This document shows positions 26,603-39,933 of a DNA stretch of 64,000 nucleotides, piece after piece. The first letter of the stretch is position 1; the number at the start of each line of letters is the position of its first letter. The stretch lies in contig CAVNZM010000007.1 in NCBI GenBank assembly GCA_963693365.1, forward strand, positions 10,041,962 through 10,105,961, read 5' to 3'. The notes under the pieces were generated by a model. It made no database searches. It was given only the letters and a program-made list of their open reading frames with translations, and was not told where the DNA came from. The stretch is from Amoebidium appalachense (taxonomy: Eukaryota; Protista; Ichthyosporea). The position numbers were made by a program, and so were the translations under genes.

Positions 26603-27685
26603 TTCCCCCCCCCCGCCCGCCCGCCGGGCGCTCTCCAACAGGCCCTATGGAGAAACCTGGAGGCTCAGCTTCTTCGCTCGGGCAGGAGAGGGTGGTGAAG
26701 AGAGCTGGGGGGGGCGGGGGAGGGAGGGGAGGAGGAGTTTTGGAAACTTGGTGACTGTGGTCCTTTTAAACTCGAGTATTTACACACTGCTGAGCCGCAC
26801 CCTGCAGGTGCACAACACCGTAACTGAACACAGCAAATGTTTTATCAGTGTAATAGCCTACTGGTCTTTGTACGCGGTGGAAATGCAAGCGAGGGTGGCC
26901 TAGAAAGGGAAGCGCATGCACCCTTTTGAACATCCCTCAAACACCCCTCTTCCTTCTTTTCTCCCCCCTAACAGCGGCTATCTGCGCCAATGGCATCGGG
27001 ACGTATCAGCCCCCTCCTCCCTCCCCAGCTCTCCCCGCCCTCTCCTCCTCCCCCTTTTACCTTCCCTACATCTTTCCCCTTTCTGGGCATAACACCACAC
27101 GAATTATTAGTGCCAATGCGAGTTCCGCCAGGTGAGGGAAATGGTGCGTGCGGACTGCAACCGAAGACCTGGTGCTCATGTGGCGCAAAGGTGTGTCAAC
27201 GTGCAAGTACGTGGGTTTGCACGTTGCTGCAGCAAGTGGAGCAAGCCTGACATACGGTTGCGCTTTAAAGTTTGGCACATGCAATGCCACTCTTTTGCTC
27301 CCTTGAATTTTGTGTACAAATGTGTGTGTGCCCACGCTTGCGCTTCGGCACGAGCATGCATGCGCCACTGCGAATGAAACGTATGTTTCTGATAATAATA
27401 CACGTACGCAGTGTAAGGTTGTGTGAGCGTGTGTGCGTGTGTGTCAACGTGATGGTGTGGCTTTGTTTGTGTTTGTCTGGGTCAGACTCAGGCTGCGCGC
27501 AAGTATGTATGCCCAAGTTACACATATGATAAATGATGCCGACCGTCCGTACTTGATGGTGTGCCTGTGTGTTTGTCTGGGTCAGGCTGCGCGCAAGCAT
27601 GTATGCCTTACCTTTACACTTAAGTTCCTTACTTTTGGAAGACTACAGATCGTTGTCGGGTAGGTGGTACCGGGTGGGTGTTTTT

Positions 27686-27734
<49 letters not shown>

Positions 27735-28287
27735 GTGGTGGTGGGGGGGGGGGGGGGGGGGGGGATGGAAGCTTTTAGAGAGCCTATGGGAGCACTGACC
27801 GACATTCTTTATTGGTTTACAGCCAAATGTTTCAACTTCATTCAAAATGGATATTTAAGTATAACCTACTGAGTATAAGCTCAACTTTCAACACACTGCT
27901 ATCTAGTATTCTGCGCTTGTTTATGCATCTGTATCATTCAACCGCCGACAGAGACCTGGTATGTCAACCACAAACAATCTGCTCCCCCCCCCCCCCCCCC
28001 TTCCCCCACTCCCTCCCTCTTTCCTCCTCACACACCCTACAACCAATTGAAAAGCAAATCATCTTGTGCAGTCTTGTGCGTCACCCCCCCCCCCCCCCCC
28101 CCCCCTCCCCCGGCACCCCCCCTCCCCCCCTCCCAGTTCCAGGGTCCTTTTTGTGCAGAAAGACCAGGAAAACTAGACAGTGATGTAGCACTTGATGTTG
28201 CCGTAAAAAGCATGTTATGAGTGGGTGGATTCACTAGCTAGCAGCTATAAAATATATCGCGCGGAGGTATTTCGGCATCCGACAAGA

Positions 28288-30066
28288 CTAATTGGCGCCG
28301 GCCGTGACATCTCTTGGATCCTGCCTGGGCCTGCTTCCTCTCCTGCACTTGTACGCATATCCAAACTCTTTGGCGAGCCCAGCCGGAGCACACACAATCT
28401 CAACCTCGCCATTTTCCGCAAACATACGCGCCGCCAAACCCATTATCTCGGAGTCAGACCTGCCTAGCATGCTCGCACCGCCCACACGAAAAATGCTATC
28501 ACCTATTCTCACCGCCGATTTTGCCGCTGCCGAACGCGGGAGAACTGACTGGATCGCGCTTCTGTAATAGACCAATCCGAGAAGGTCTTTAGGTGAGCTT
28601 CTTGTCAGAATGTGTGTTTGCACCAACGGGGCATCTATCACCTCCAACACCACTTTGGTCAGTGATCGCAGCAGTAGCATGACTTGTGGGGCGCTGAATC
28701 TGGAGTTGGCTGGCTGCCCGTTGATTTCGGTAATATGGTCTCCCACCTGCAAAAGGAATTTTATATTAGGAAAGAGCTCGTTACGCAAGATAATCGAAAC
28801 AAACAGCAATGCACAAGAGAGCATAATCTAAATACCGTGATAACAAATGCAATTGCGGATTTCACGGTCTTTGGGCCTAAGATCTGATTCAACTGCAACC
28901 TTGAGGAACTTCAAGAGATGTGTGTGTAAATACGCCCAGTGTGTGTGCATGTGCACCGGCCCCCCTGTTGTGTGTTCTTAAATTGAATATTTGCGCTGTA
29001 CGTGCGGGGTCGGTTGGGGAGGTGCGGGTGGTGGTGGTGGAGTGTACATGGATGCCATGGGGATATTAGAGGGTGGGCATGGGGTAATTCACATTACTGT
29101 ACATAGAATTGAAGTGATCAGCAGCGGCATAAATAGAATTCGAAACGGGCGACCGGGGGGGGGGGGGGGGGGGGGGGTATTACAACAGGCTGGCCAATCC
29201 TTATCGCAGAGCCTATCTCAACCCCCCTCCCCCCTCCCCCCTCCTCCCCCCCCCCCCCAAAAAAAAAAAAAAGAAAGAAAGAAAGAAAGAAAAGAAAAGA
29301 AAAGAATAAGAAAAGAAAGAAGGGGGGGAAAAAAAAAGAAGAAGAAAAAGAAACAACCCATAAAAAACAAAAACAACCGTTTGTAAGCAAGGGGTATGGT
29401 TATCATCATTGAGGGCAAGTGTCCGTCATAAAGGGGCAGTGTGGGTGTGTGTCAAAGAAAATGGCAGAGATTCGTATCCATGGGTTTTTACTGTATGTCC
29501 ACGTTTCAGGCATCCCAGCTAGCAGTGCACGCATACAAGTTTATTATTTGAATACCTTTCCAACGTGACAACTATGTTAGTGGCATAAACCTACACGAAC
29601 GTGCACACGCTGGCACCGTGACAGGAACTAATATGTGTCCTGATAAGCGAAAGCCCATAATGTTATCCCCCCTTCCCCCCCCCCCCCCTTCCCCCATTCC
29701 CTTCCCCCCAGCCCACCCCACCCGGGGGAAACCAACCTGCAATCCAGCCCGCCATGCGGCCGTCTCCTCCAGAACGTCGGTGACGTAAACCCTCCCGCCG
29801 ATGGTGCACATGCTGACACCAAAATCCGCATTCGGCAGTTTAGTGCACCGGATTATTCTCTTCAGGGGTTTCTGCGCCATCGAATACCGCTCACATGTCT
29901 CGACCGTGCACGAGCGAAAGGTGGTGGGTATTTCGTGATGGGAGCACCCATGACACATGTCCGTGGGGTCAGTGTAGCCATATTCTGTCTTTGTCCGTTC
30001 TATTGCAGAGCCAGTAGTGGACGTGAGCCTGGAAAGGCTGCTTGTGCTACTGGAGAAAAATGGCAT
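28288..30066 (-). CDS. Syntenin-like tandem PDZ-domain protein, 262 aa, 2 exons
   Basis: Exons 30066-29737 and 28746-28288 join in phase 0 (AAWRAGLQ|VGDHITEING). PDZ1: DFGVSMCTIGGRVYVTDV...AGLQVGDHITEING. PDZ2: LLGLVYYRSAIQSVLPRSAAAKSAVRIGDSIFRVGG...GRSDSEI. The short IDAPL linker resembles syntenin IRDRPF. Confidence 0.85.
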
Positions 30067-30870
30067 TTTTTTTGTTTGTTTTCAGCTAGTTGGAGAATGG
30101 TTGTTAGGAGTTTGGTAGACTCCTTGTTCCGCGAGCCTGCGTTGAAAATCGAGGGGGAAAACTTTGAACTATGAGAAAATCGATAATGTCTACTCCCAGG
30201 CCTGCTTGAATTCGAAAGGAAAAAACCCAGCTCATTACCCTACAAGTAATCTATTTGTATTTGCAATGGATATGGACACTGTGCTTTTAGACCAGGCTTG
30301 AGGCATAACGTTAACTTCGAGGCATGTATTCTTAAATGAACAGAGTCGGTACCCACAGCATCGTATGCACTTCCCCTCCTCTCTTCTCTCTCCCTTTTGT
30401 GACACCTCTCTCTTCCCCTTCCCCTCTCCCTCGCTTCTCAATTTATAAAGGTTGACCAGTGATAATGGGTTGGATCAATGTCTCTATGCTACTCTGTGGA
30501 CCAAATGATGGCACTGTTCATAAAACGGCCACCCTGCGCTCTTCTTCGGTACGTGGCAAATGAGGCTCTTTCCCAGCCACCCGTCGTACTTGTACTTGCC
30601 AAATGCAAGCGAACTTCCATCCCCGAAAAACGAAGATTCATGTTTTGCTTGTCCCGGCGATGCTACGCAGAGCCACGTTTCCAGTCAGCAAAAGCATCAG
30701 GCATGTCTGTGTAATCTGCGTGTTTTTCTGGGAAGATCACCAACCCTAACATATGTGTATGTGTCTATTTGCACCACAAGTACAGGTGACAGCTGTGTGA
30801 ATGGGGTGATGTCGTTGTTCTACATACTGATATGCTGACGGTGCTTGTTTCTTTCTCTATCATGTGTTAG

Positions 30871-31210
30871 CCAATCAAGAATTACTGCTTAGATGTTTTT
30901 CAGCCAATCATCAATTAGTAACTTTTGATTGGCTTAGACCGAACCACTTACTACAATCTTCCGCATTTTTAGTAAACCCAGTTGTATCATACTTGAAACG
31001 TCGAAAATCGCGTTTGAAGGTATTTTTGTGGATCATTGAGGGGGCTTTAGAAAAGCCAAATTTGCATTACAGGGTGGAATGATTGGTTTTTCCCGAGATT
31101 TTACGTAAACAATATTGCCAATTTACGTGACCAATCAGAAAACGGTGGGCAGTTACATACAAGACAGGCTGTGGACATCTGTGTCTCCCGTGTATGTGCA
31201 TGTGACGTCA
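30871..31210. promoter_or_regulatory. Cluster of CCAAT boxes in both orientations plus a TGACGTCA (CRE) site
   Basis: CCAAT at 30871, 30904, 31118 and 31131; ATTGG at 30928 and 31082; TGACGTCA at 31203. Lies 0.8-1.1 kb upstream of the PDZ gene ATG. Confidence 0.35.
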
Positions 31211-32151
31211 GCGACGTTAGCAGTGGCGTGTATGTCGTGCAAGTGGTTTGTCACCGGTGCATGGGCTGCCACAAAACCATGTGCATGTTGGGGCATACTT
31301 GACCGGTGCTGCAGACTTGCTTTAAAAGAAACACATGCTGTCACGCCAAACAACACAACAAGAACGACTTCAGACACAGCGGGATGTCGGTGAACATCAT
31401 TGAACCGGTAACTATGTGCGTGTGCATAATGTACATGAAGTCCACGTTTCCTGGAATTCTGTGACGTAAGGCTGGCGTAGACAAAGTCTGCTACAAAGTT
31501 CTAACAAAGTCATTCCGTGACACCGCTGCAAGGCTTAGCGCGCAGCCGCGCTATTTACCACACAACAAGGCATACATATCTATTCCTCGGAATGGCAGTA
31601 TGTGCAATTAATAATAATGGGCTCGGGTTGTGCACGGTTAACGTTGAGGGTAGGCTCCTCGAGGCCGCTATCACACCCATCCGATGAAAGAATTAAGATG
31701 TTCATGAACGTTTAATTAAGGGGCCTCTTAAAGCAAACCCCGGCTATCTCTCTGGCTGGTGAGTCATATTGAACAATTAAAGCTTCGTCGGGATCGGGGA
31801 GGCTAGAGGCCTGGAGACTCTAGGGACTCCGTGGGGTGGGGTCGGGTTGGGGTTGAGGGGGGTTGGGGAAAGGGCCGGGAAGGGGCCCCGGGGGGAGGGG
31901 GGGGGGGGGGGGGGGGGGGGAGGGGGATGGGGAGCAGTGGTTAGATAGGGTGCTACCACCGTCGATGTTGCAGTACATATGTATGAACCGACAGCGTACG
32001 ATATCGTAATCCAAGGCTTCTGGTGGTCACCCCTTGCTGTGCATCCCTCTGCCCACTTTAAAGGGTGGTGCCACTGGGACCTGGCTTTTACACATGCTTA
32101 TTCCCCCTCCTCCATGCTAGTCATGTGGCTGGACCAGGTTCCGACTCCTGG

Positions 32152-32182
<31 letters not shown>

Positions 32183-32318
32183 AAAACCCCCCAAACACAC
32201 AACCTCACAAACACACACTCATGCACGCACGCGCACACGCACACACACGCACAACCGTTCACACGCACGCACACACATACACGCAACACACACACCACAC
32301 ACGCACGCACGCGCGCCA

Positions 32319-32349
<31 letters not shown>

Positions 32350-33289
32350 ACTAATAAACACGTGACACACACGCACTGACGGACGGTTGTGGCCACACAA
32401 GCACACACACACACACACACAAAGAAACAGACATACACAAATAATATACACACACAAGCTCATACACACAAGGGACTCAGGATTTTGGACGAGGAGGGAG
32501 GTAGTAGTAACTTTGGGGAGGGGGGATAACCCCCCCACCCCTTTTGACTCCCGGGGTGGGACCCATCCACCCCTCCGGCTAGCAGGGAGAAGGGTGTACA
32601 AGGGCATCGGGGGGGGACCCATCACTTACCCGAGTAGGTGGGTCCCCCCTCCCCCCCTCCCCCCCCCCCATCCTCCCCCCCCCCCCCCCCCCCCCCCCCC
32701 GCGTGCAGGTTGCCATGACTAACATCAGAGATTAACCTGATCATGTGATGTTTAACTTAGTACTGTGATTTAGCAGTGCTATCGATTTATATACATCCCC
32801 ATAACGTAAACATTGAAGCCTTCTATAAAAAAGGAGTCCTTGATCACCTAAAACTCAGGTTACACCGCAGTACGGTCATGTCCCCCCCCCCCCCCCCCCC
32901 CCCCCCCCCTTCCCCCGCCCCCTCCGAGGCCTCCCTTTGCGGGCCCGGCCTGGTCTTCCCACCGCGCGCGCACACGCACGCACACACTTTCATATGTATT
33001 CGTTTCAGACGTCCTGCACACACATCTACCACACACGCACGATATGCACAAAGTTAAACCATCGATGCGGACCCCCACGACATGAACATGCAAATACATG
33101 TACACTCACGGGCACCACAAGCACAATGTCATACTGTGTTCCCCGCCACACAGACACACACACGAACACTGCACGGAGAGCACAACAACCTGGCCTGCAA
33201 CAATTCATGCCTTAGTAATAGTTGACCGTAACGACTTGTACAGCCTTTGGTGGGTGAAAAGACTTGTTTGGCCATCACGCACATGCTGA

Positions 33290-33326
<37 letters not shown>

Positions 33327-33552
33327 CGCAGGGGGGGGACCAACCTACACCTGCAGCTACCTTGGGGAGTGGGGGACTGGGGATAACACCATGTGAGAAG
33401 GGACATCGATAGTTACCTTCCCCCCCTCTTCCCCCCCCCCCCCCTCCCTTCTCCTCCTCCCCCTCCCCCTCCCCCCTCCCCTCCCCCCTCCCCCCTCCCC
33501 CTCCCCCCCCCCAATTACAAATTCAGGAATCCCCAAATACAGTTACAGGCAT

Positions 33553-33652
33553 TGCCTCTATTCTCTGGCAAAAGCAGGCAAAGTTGAAGCAGGTCTCGAA
33601 AACTCGGCCCGGAAAATGCAGAATTGTCTGCCTTTGCCAGAAAATAGAGGCA
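33553..33652. repeat. Inverted repeat, 29-bp arms, 42-nt loop
   Basis: TGCCTCTATTCTCTGGCAAAAGCAGGCAA (33553-33581) versus the reverse complement of 33624-33652, TGCCTCTATTTTCTGGCAAAGGCAGACAA: 26/29 identical. Confidence 0.9.
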
Positions 33653-33977
33653 CATTTTGCTCAGTGCAGAGTATTAAAGTTGCTGAGCGGATCATATTGT
33701 TCTGAGGAGCCCCTCCGATCTCCCCCCCTCCCCCCCCGACCGCTTTACTTCCATGCAACCGGGCATGGTTGCTCTGTGTCGTGCATCTGTAAGCACATAC
33801 GCATTTTTCGCTGCACTGCTTTAGTTTGCACACACATCTTCACCGTTTTGCTCACCTTGCTTGCATAAGCAACCCTGCTCGTCTTTGATCAAGACGGGTT
33901 GACCCTCCCAAGTTCAGTTGATGCTGCTGTCTGAGTTGGAGAGTCGTATATGCGCGGGCTAAGGGGTCGAAACTCAG

Positions 33978-34134
33978 ACGCAATTGATGACTTGGGCCCT
34001 CCCTAAGGATGGGCTCTGCTTATGACGCATACTGTGCGCATGGCTGATGTTGCATACTTGAATGTTTGCCTTTGCATGTGTCCTGCACCATGCTTCTCAT
34101 CGTGTATGCGTACTTCGTACCGTGTTCCGCATTC

Positions 34135-34166
<32 letters not shown>
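33978..34166 (+). mobile_element. Dispersed ~160-nt repeat ending in poly(C), copy A (SINE-like)
   Basis: Near-identical to 54084-54265. Begins ACGCAATTGATGACTTGGGCCCTCCC and ends CGTACCGTGTTCCGCATTCAA followed by poly(C). Confidence 0.7.
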
Positions 34167-34169
<3 letters not shown>

Positions 34170-34849
34170 TACCCACCCACCCACCCACCCATTCCTGTCT
34201 TTGAATGCTCGCTCCCATCCTCTCCACCGGAGCAATGGCTATCCATTAGAGTCTAACTTTCGTGAAATCTGATGAAGCTTTCACATTCGATTGTGGTTGG
34301 GGTAAGGCAAGAAAAAATTATCGTGCAGGCTCTGTGTGCGTGTGTGTGTGAACTTTACGGTAACCGTTGACATGCTTGGTGTGTGTCTGTGTCTGCTTGT
34401 CACGCTTGCACACACGTGTATTTGAACCCCGACGTGTGTTTGCGTGTGTGCCAATGTCCACACTCACTGAATATCTATTTGTGTGTGTTCAAGTGCGTGC
34501 TGGCGGTGCACTCGCACCATGCAACCTACTTGGAAAATTTGCCTCCGTGAGGGTGGGAGGGGGGGGGGGAAGAGAAGGGGCGAATGCTAGTGGGCCAGGG
34601 GGGAGACGCCGTCACGGTGGTGTGTCTTGAACTTGAAAAGCAAGAAAAAGAGGGAGACTGGGTGTACTTGTGCACAGTGCCATTGCAAATATCACGTGTG
34701 TGTACATATGTGTGTGTGGGCCTGACAGTTACTCAATGGGTGGTCGCATCCAATTCGTGTTTTAATTGACAGCCACTTGAGAGGCCCCAGGCAGAGTCTC
34801 AGATCTTTATGGCGGGCAGGATGGTGGTGGTGGTGGTGGTGGGCAGCGT

Positions 34850-34888
<39 letters not shown>

Positions 34889-35175
34889 GATTTGTTTCCC
34901 TTATGGTGGCGTGCGTAGACGTGCCGTACTTTTAGTGCATGCTCCTTGGCTAGATGCCAAATTCCATATAATCCCAATGGTACGGTGTGATATATCAATG
35001 GACCCGTCTGAGCGAGTGATCCGGATCCCCCCCCCCCCCCCCCCCCCCTCTCCCCACCTCGTCGATACACATACACAACTATGAATCATCGAAACTTGGA
35101 GGGGTGGGGGAAGTTGCCCCGGGCCCGGGGGATGGGCTTAACTGGCCGGCATGGTGGGCATTGGCCTCCGGGAAC

Positions 35176-35213
<38 letters not shown>

Positions 35214-35771
35214 TTCCCTCTTTGCCCCCCTTTCGATTTCATTTAAGAATCCCTTGTCTCATCAATGGTACTGTTGATGCTATGAATAGCAGCTATCCGG
35301 ACGAAGTGTGAGGTGGCTGCTTAAAGCACTTTATTTTCAAGGGTCCAGTGTCACCCTCAGAGAGTATAAGCACCGTTGCTGTAGCGACAGTCAGTAAATA
35401 TGTGTCTCTCCTGCCCTGAAAAATGCTGTCCATTATACAGCCAGGAATCACAATCCTTCAAAGCTTCTACTTATCTCCATAAGAAAACACAATGCATAAG
35501 TTTGTATGATTCGCAATCAAAACGCACACTCTTGTCCTGAGAAGTCCCGGACTTATAAATTCACGGGACTGAACAGATTACAATTATACACAGTGTGTTA
35601 CGGACATTCATTCATGCATTCACATTTCCATCATTAGGGACCCTCTAAGGTATGTCTGCCCCCCCCCCCAATCCCCCCGCGGCCCCCCCGAGTGTCCCCT
35701 TACGGGCACACACACACCGTACACACAATGTCTTCCTCAAGCCGAACATTCAACCTTCCAAACTTCAGCAA

Positions 35772-36084
35772 TCATGTCTCGATTTCCAACTGTGGCCGTG
35801 CATTTCTCAACTCCCTCCTTGCAAACCTACTGACCAGGGGGCAGGCATCTATGTGCAGGGTGGCCAGGTAGGGCAGGCAGTGTTGCTCACACAGAAGGAG
35901 TAGCTCCCTGTCAGCCACCCAGCTGCAGTGGCCCACCCCAAGCACACGCAGAGAGTGAAGGCGCAGGGCTATGGCTTGGAACGTGGCCGGGCCACCCCTG
36001 TGTGCGCACAAGATTTGGTCAATGACGTTAATGGGTACAACTGATTGCATGCCATTTTTTCAAACATTTTTGGGAATCGGGGGC

Positions 36085-36128
<44 letters not shown>

Positions 36129-36312
36129 GCGGAGGCATGCATGCCTGCTTACAGACAAACTGTTCTCTGTCTTAATCGCGGTGGGTGGGGAGGTGGTGGT
36201 GGGGGTGGGGGGACCAGGTGTGTGTGACGTGTGTAGTCTACGGGTGCCACATGCAGCCTAACAACACAGGGAACGAGGGCAAGTAGACGGGCAGGCACCA
36301 GGGGGGCGCGGG

Positions 36313-36366
<54 letters not shown>

Positions 36367-36537
36367 CTCCATAGCCGTAGCAGAAGCAATAGAGAATGGT
36401 TGGATGCAACGCCTGAGACTTGGCAGCGAGTTACCAGTGTGTTGTGTACGGGCACACACACCCACGTTGTGTGTGTGTGTGTGTGTGTGCACGCGCGCAC
36501 GCGTGGGGTGGGTGGGTGGGGGGAGGGGGGGGGGGGG

Positions 36538-36575
<38 letters not shown>

Positions 36576-36956
36576 AATGGGGAGGTAGCACAGCACATAC
36601 TTCTCATCCAGGCAGCCATCCAAGCGCAGGCGCACTAGTGAGGGCATCGTGTCAGCCAGGGCCCTGACCAGCCTAGGCCCCTGGTCTATGCCCCTGCAGT
36701 GGGACACATCCAGCCACCGTATGTGCCTGGCGTCTAACCCCCTCTTCCTGCCCCCCTCCACCCCTTCCTCTCCGGCCAAATCCTCACCCAGGGTCTCCGA
36801 CAGCTGCTCCCAGCTGTCAAGACCCTCCCCGGTGGGCAGCACGGGGCACTCCTCTGGCTCCCTCCAGCCCAATGCTTCGATCAGCCCGGCGGTTGTTATC
36901 TGCACCGTAAACACATCATAGTGTGAGGTTCCATGTACGTTGTTACTGCTCGCAGC

Positions 36957-36991
<35 letters not shown>

Positions 36992-37542
36992 ATAAACACA
37001 CAAACACCAAAGGAAAACAAACAAACGAACGAACAAACAAACAAACGAACAAACCAACAAACACATAAATACACATTCTAGGCACCTGGTGTACACAGAC
37101 TGTGAGCCCGGGCCAAAAAAACAAAGCTTCCAAACACCAATGTGCACTCTCACCCCCGAGCAGAGCAACATCACCACCATGCACACATGCACGCATGCCG
37201 CCCACCCTATATCCCCAGCCACACAGGGAGCCATACCGGGCAGTAGCTCAGATCGATGAAGGGAAGGTCGGCTCCAAACACAAACTTGAGCGCATCGTCA
37301 GTCACCAGTCTGGGGCGGGAAATGGGTATGTCACAAGGGTGCAGAAATCGGAGGAATGTTTGCATTAGAACCCATCAAACAACACACCACTGCATGCAGT
37401 GGTATGGAGAAACATGCTGTTTCTTCGGGAAGCTATAGACTCGCCAACCATATGGGCATGCTCCCCCCCCCCCCCCCCCCCTCTCCCCCAAACACACACG
37501 CACACACACCCTCCCAGTCGTTGACCTTCAAATTGACTTTCA

Positions 37543-37591
<49 letters not shown>

Positions 37592-38256
37592 ATGCAGGAA
37601 TTTTTACCCATAAGTCAGGGCGGCATGTAGCAATGCCCCAAATGCCTCAGGGGGCAGTATGTCGTAAGCAAGGTCCCAGCCATCAGGTCGGGGCAGGCAG
37701 CCGGCCAGTGCCCTAGCAGACAGCTGCAGCAGGGTCGGCACATCACCATTGAGAAGGCGCCTGGGTCTCTGCTTGGGGGTGGCTACGGCTGGAGAGAGTG
37801 GGGCAGTTAGTGGGAAGGACGGTATATGCGTGTTCATGTGTGTGTGTGTGTGGGTACACGTGTGTGTGTGTGTGTGCGTGCTCATGTGCGTGTGTGTGTG
37901 TGCATGTGCCCGCCTGAACGTTTCTCCACACAAGCATAGGCCAAAAAAGACAGACAAAAATATACCCGAGCAAGCAGGCAACGTAAGGAAAGAAGCAAAC
38001 AAAACTACTTGTGCTTACACATTCGTGTGTGTGTTTCCGATTGGATTCCCGCCGAGGCAAGGGGGGGGGGGGGGGGGGGGGGGGGGGAGGGGCTGAGTAT
38101 ACGTGGAGACATATATCCCAAGTAAAACACAACACCACAATGATATACGGGTGTGTGGCGCCGTGCAGAACAGACACACAAACTGTGCGAGCCGATGAAT
38201 GGGAACCTAGAAAAGAGCGTACAAGGAAGGAAGAGGGAGAAATGGGGCCACAGTCC

Positions 38257-38303
<47 letters not shown>

Positions 38304-38638
38304 AGGTGTGTGTGGGGTAGAAGGGGTGGGGGGTGGGTGGGGGGAGGGGAGGGAGAGGGGGGGTGTTATACCTCTGTGCAGCCAGGACTGGGGGGCAGCA
38401 GGGCCAGGGCAGGCAGACTGCCTCATCCCAGCAAGTAGCTCCTGCCGTCTGCGCTGCTCAGCCTCAAGCACCCGGCGATAGACCTGAATGCACATGTCAA
38501 TGGAGGGTAATGGGGGGGGGGGGGGAGAGAGGGTGTGCAACCATGTACAGGCAGAGTGAAATGATGAAAATGTGTGTGTGCGTGTGACTGTGTGTGTGGT
38601 TCGGCGGGGGGAGGGGTGGTGGTGGTGGTGGTGGTGGT

Positions 38639-38706
<68 letters not shown>

Positions 38707-39303
38707 CAAACCCCTCTCACGCCTTCAGCACACGAAAAGAGCACAGAAACACACCGTGTGCAAATTAGGTAAATGTGAATCCCCGTGGTCTTTCCTCGAG
38801 AGCAGAACTAAACATGCAATATTTATGGGTGTCGGTCATTCTAAAAAGGCGGATTTTCGAGGGGAGAATTGTAGGGGTGGTGATGTTTGTGAGGGGTTAG
38901 GAGGTAAGGGGGAGAGGAGAGGGGAGATATATATAATGTGTTGTGTATGTGTGTGTGATTGTGCACACACACACACACACACACACGCGCACACATACAC
39001 ACACGCACGCGCGCACACACACACACACAGAGAGAAAGAGAAAGAGGCTCGCGAGGAGAGACGGGGAGAGAGAGTGTGTGTGAGGGAGAGAAAAAGAGAA
39101 AGAAGTGGGGAGAGAGATAGAGAAAGAGGAACGGAGGGAGGGAGAGAGAGAGAGCGAGGGAGGGGGGGGGGGGGTAGAGAGAGAAAGGCAGAGGGAGGGG
39201 GAGAAAGTGAGGGAGGGAGGGAAGGAGAGAGGGGGGGGGGGGGGAGAGAGAGAGAGAGAGAGAGGGAGGGGGAGAGGGAGAGAGAGAGAGAGAGAGACAG
39301 AGA

Positions 39304-39373
<70 letters not shown>

Positions 39374-39566
39374 AGAGAAGGGGGGGGGGGGGGGGGGGGG
39401 AGAGAGAGAGAGAGAGATAGAGAGAGAGAGACAGAGACAGAGAGGGGAGAGGAGAGAGAGAGAGAGAGAGAGAGAGAAAGTAGAGAGAGAGAAAGAGAGA
39501 GTAGAGAGAGAGAGAGAGAAAGAGGGAGAGGGAGAGAGGGAGGGAGAAAGGGGGCGGGAGGGGGGG

Positions 39567-39602
<36 letters not shown>

Positions 39603-39607
39603 GGGGG

Positions 39608-39673
<66 letters not shown>

Positions 39674-39901
39674 GTCTACGGGGGGGGTTGCATGTGTGTG
39701 GGTGTGTGTGTGTGTGTGTGTCTGGGGGGGGGGGGGGTGGGGGGGGGGGAGGGGGGGGGGGGGGGAGGGGGGATTAAGGATGAAGAGGATAGCCAGGTGG
39801 AACGGAGAGAGGGAAAAAAAGGAGAAAGTGGAAGATTATCCAGGAGGAGGAAGCCTCTAAGAAAGAAAAACACGGCGGGCCAAGGTGCGAGAGAGGGGGG
39901 C

Positions 39902-39933
<32 letters not shown>

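Noticed and set aside
27449-27620. ~105-bp-period local duplication (GATGGTGTG...GGGTCAG...GCTGCGCGCAAG); also a 23-bp doublet at 22474-22520
   Set aside because: Two-copy degenerate tandem duplications with no further structure, ordinary in this repeat-rich DNA.
33965-33995. GAAAC and TGATGA close together, suggesting a hammerhead ribozyme
   Set aside because: Order and spacing (about 12 nt) leave no room for stems I and III, and the core C of CUGAUGA is missing.
35144-35156. GGCCGGCATGGT, identical to the start of the HDV genomic ribozyme
   Set aside because: Only 12 nt match, and the downstream sequence cannot form the nested double pseudoknot.
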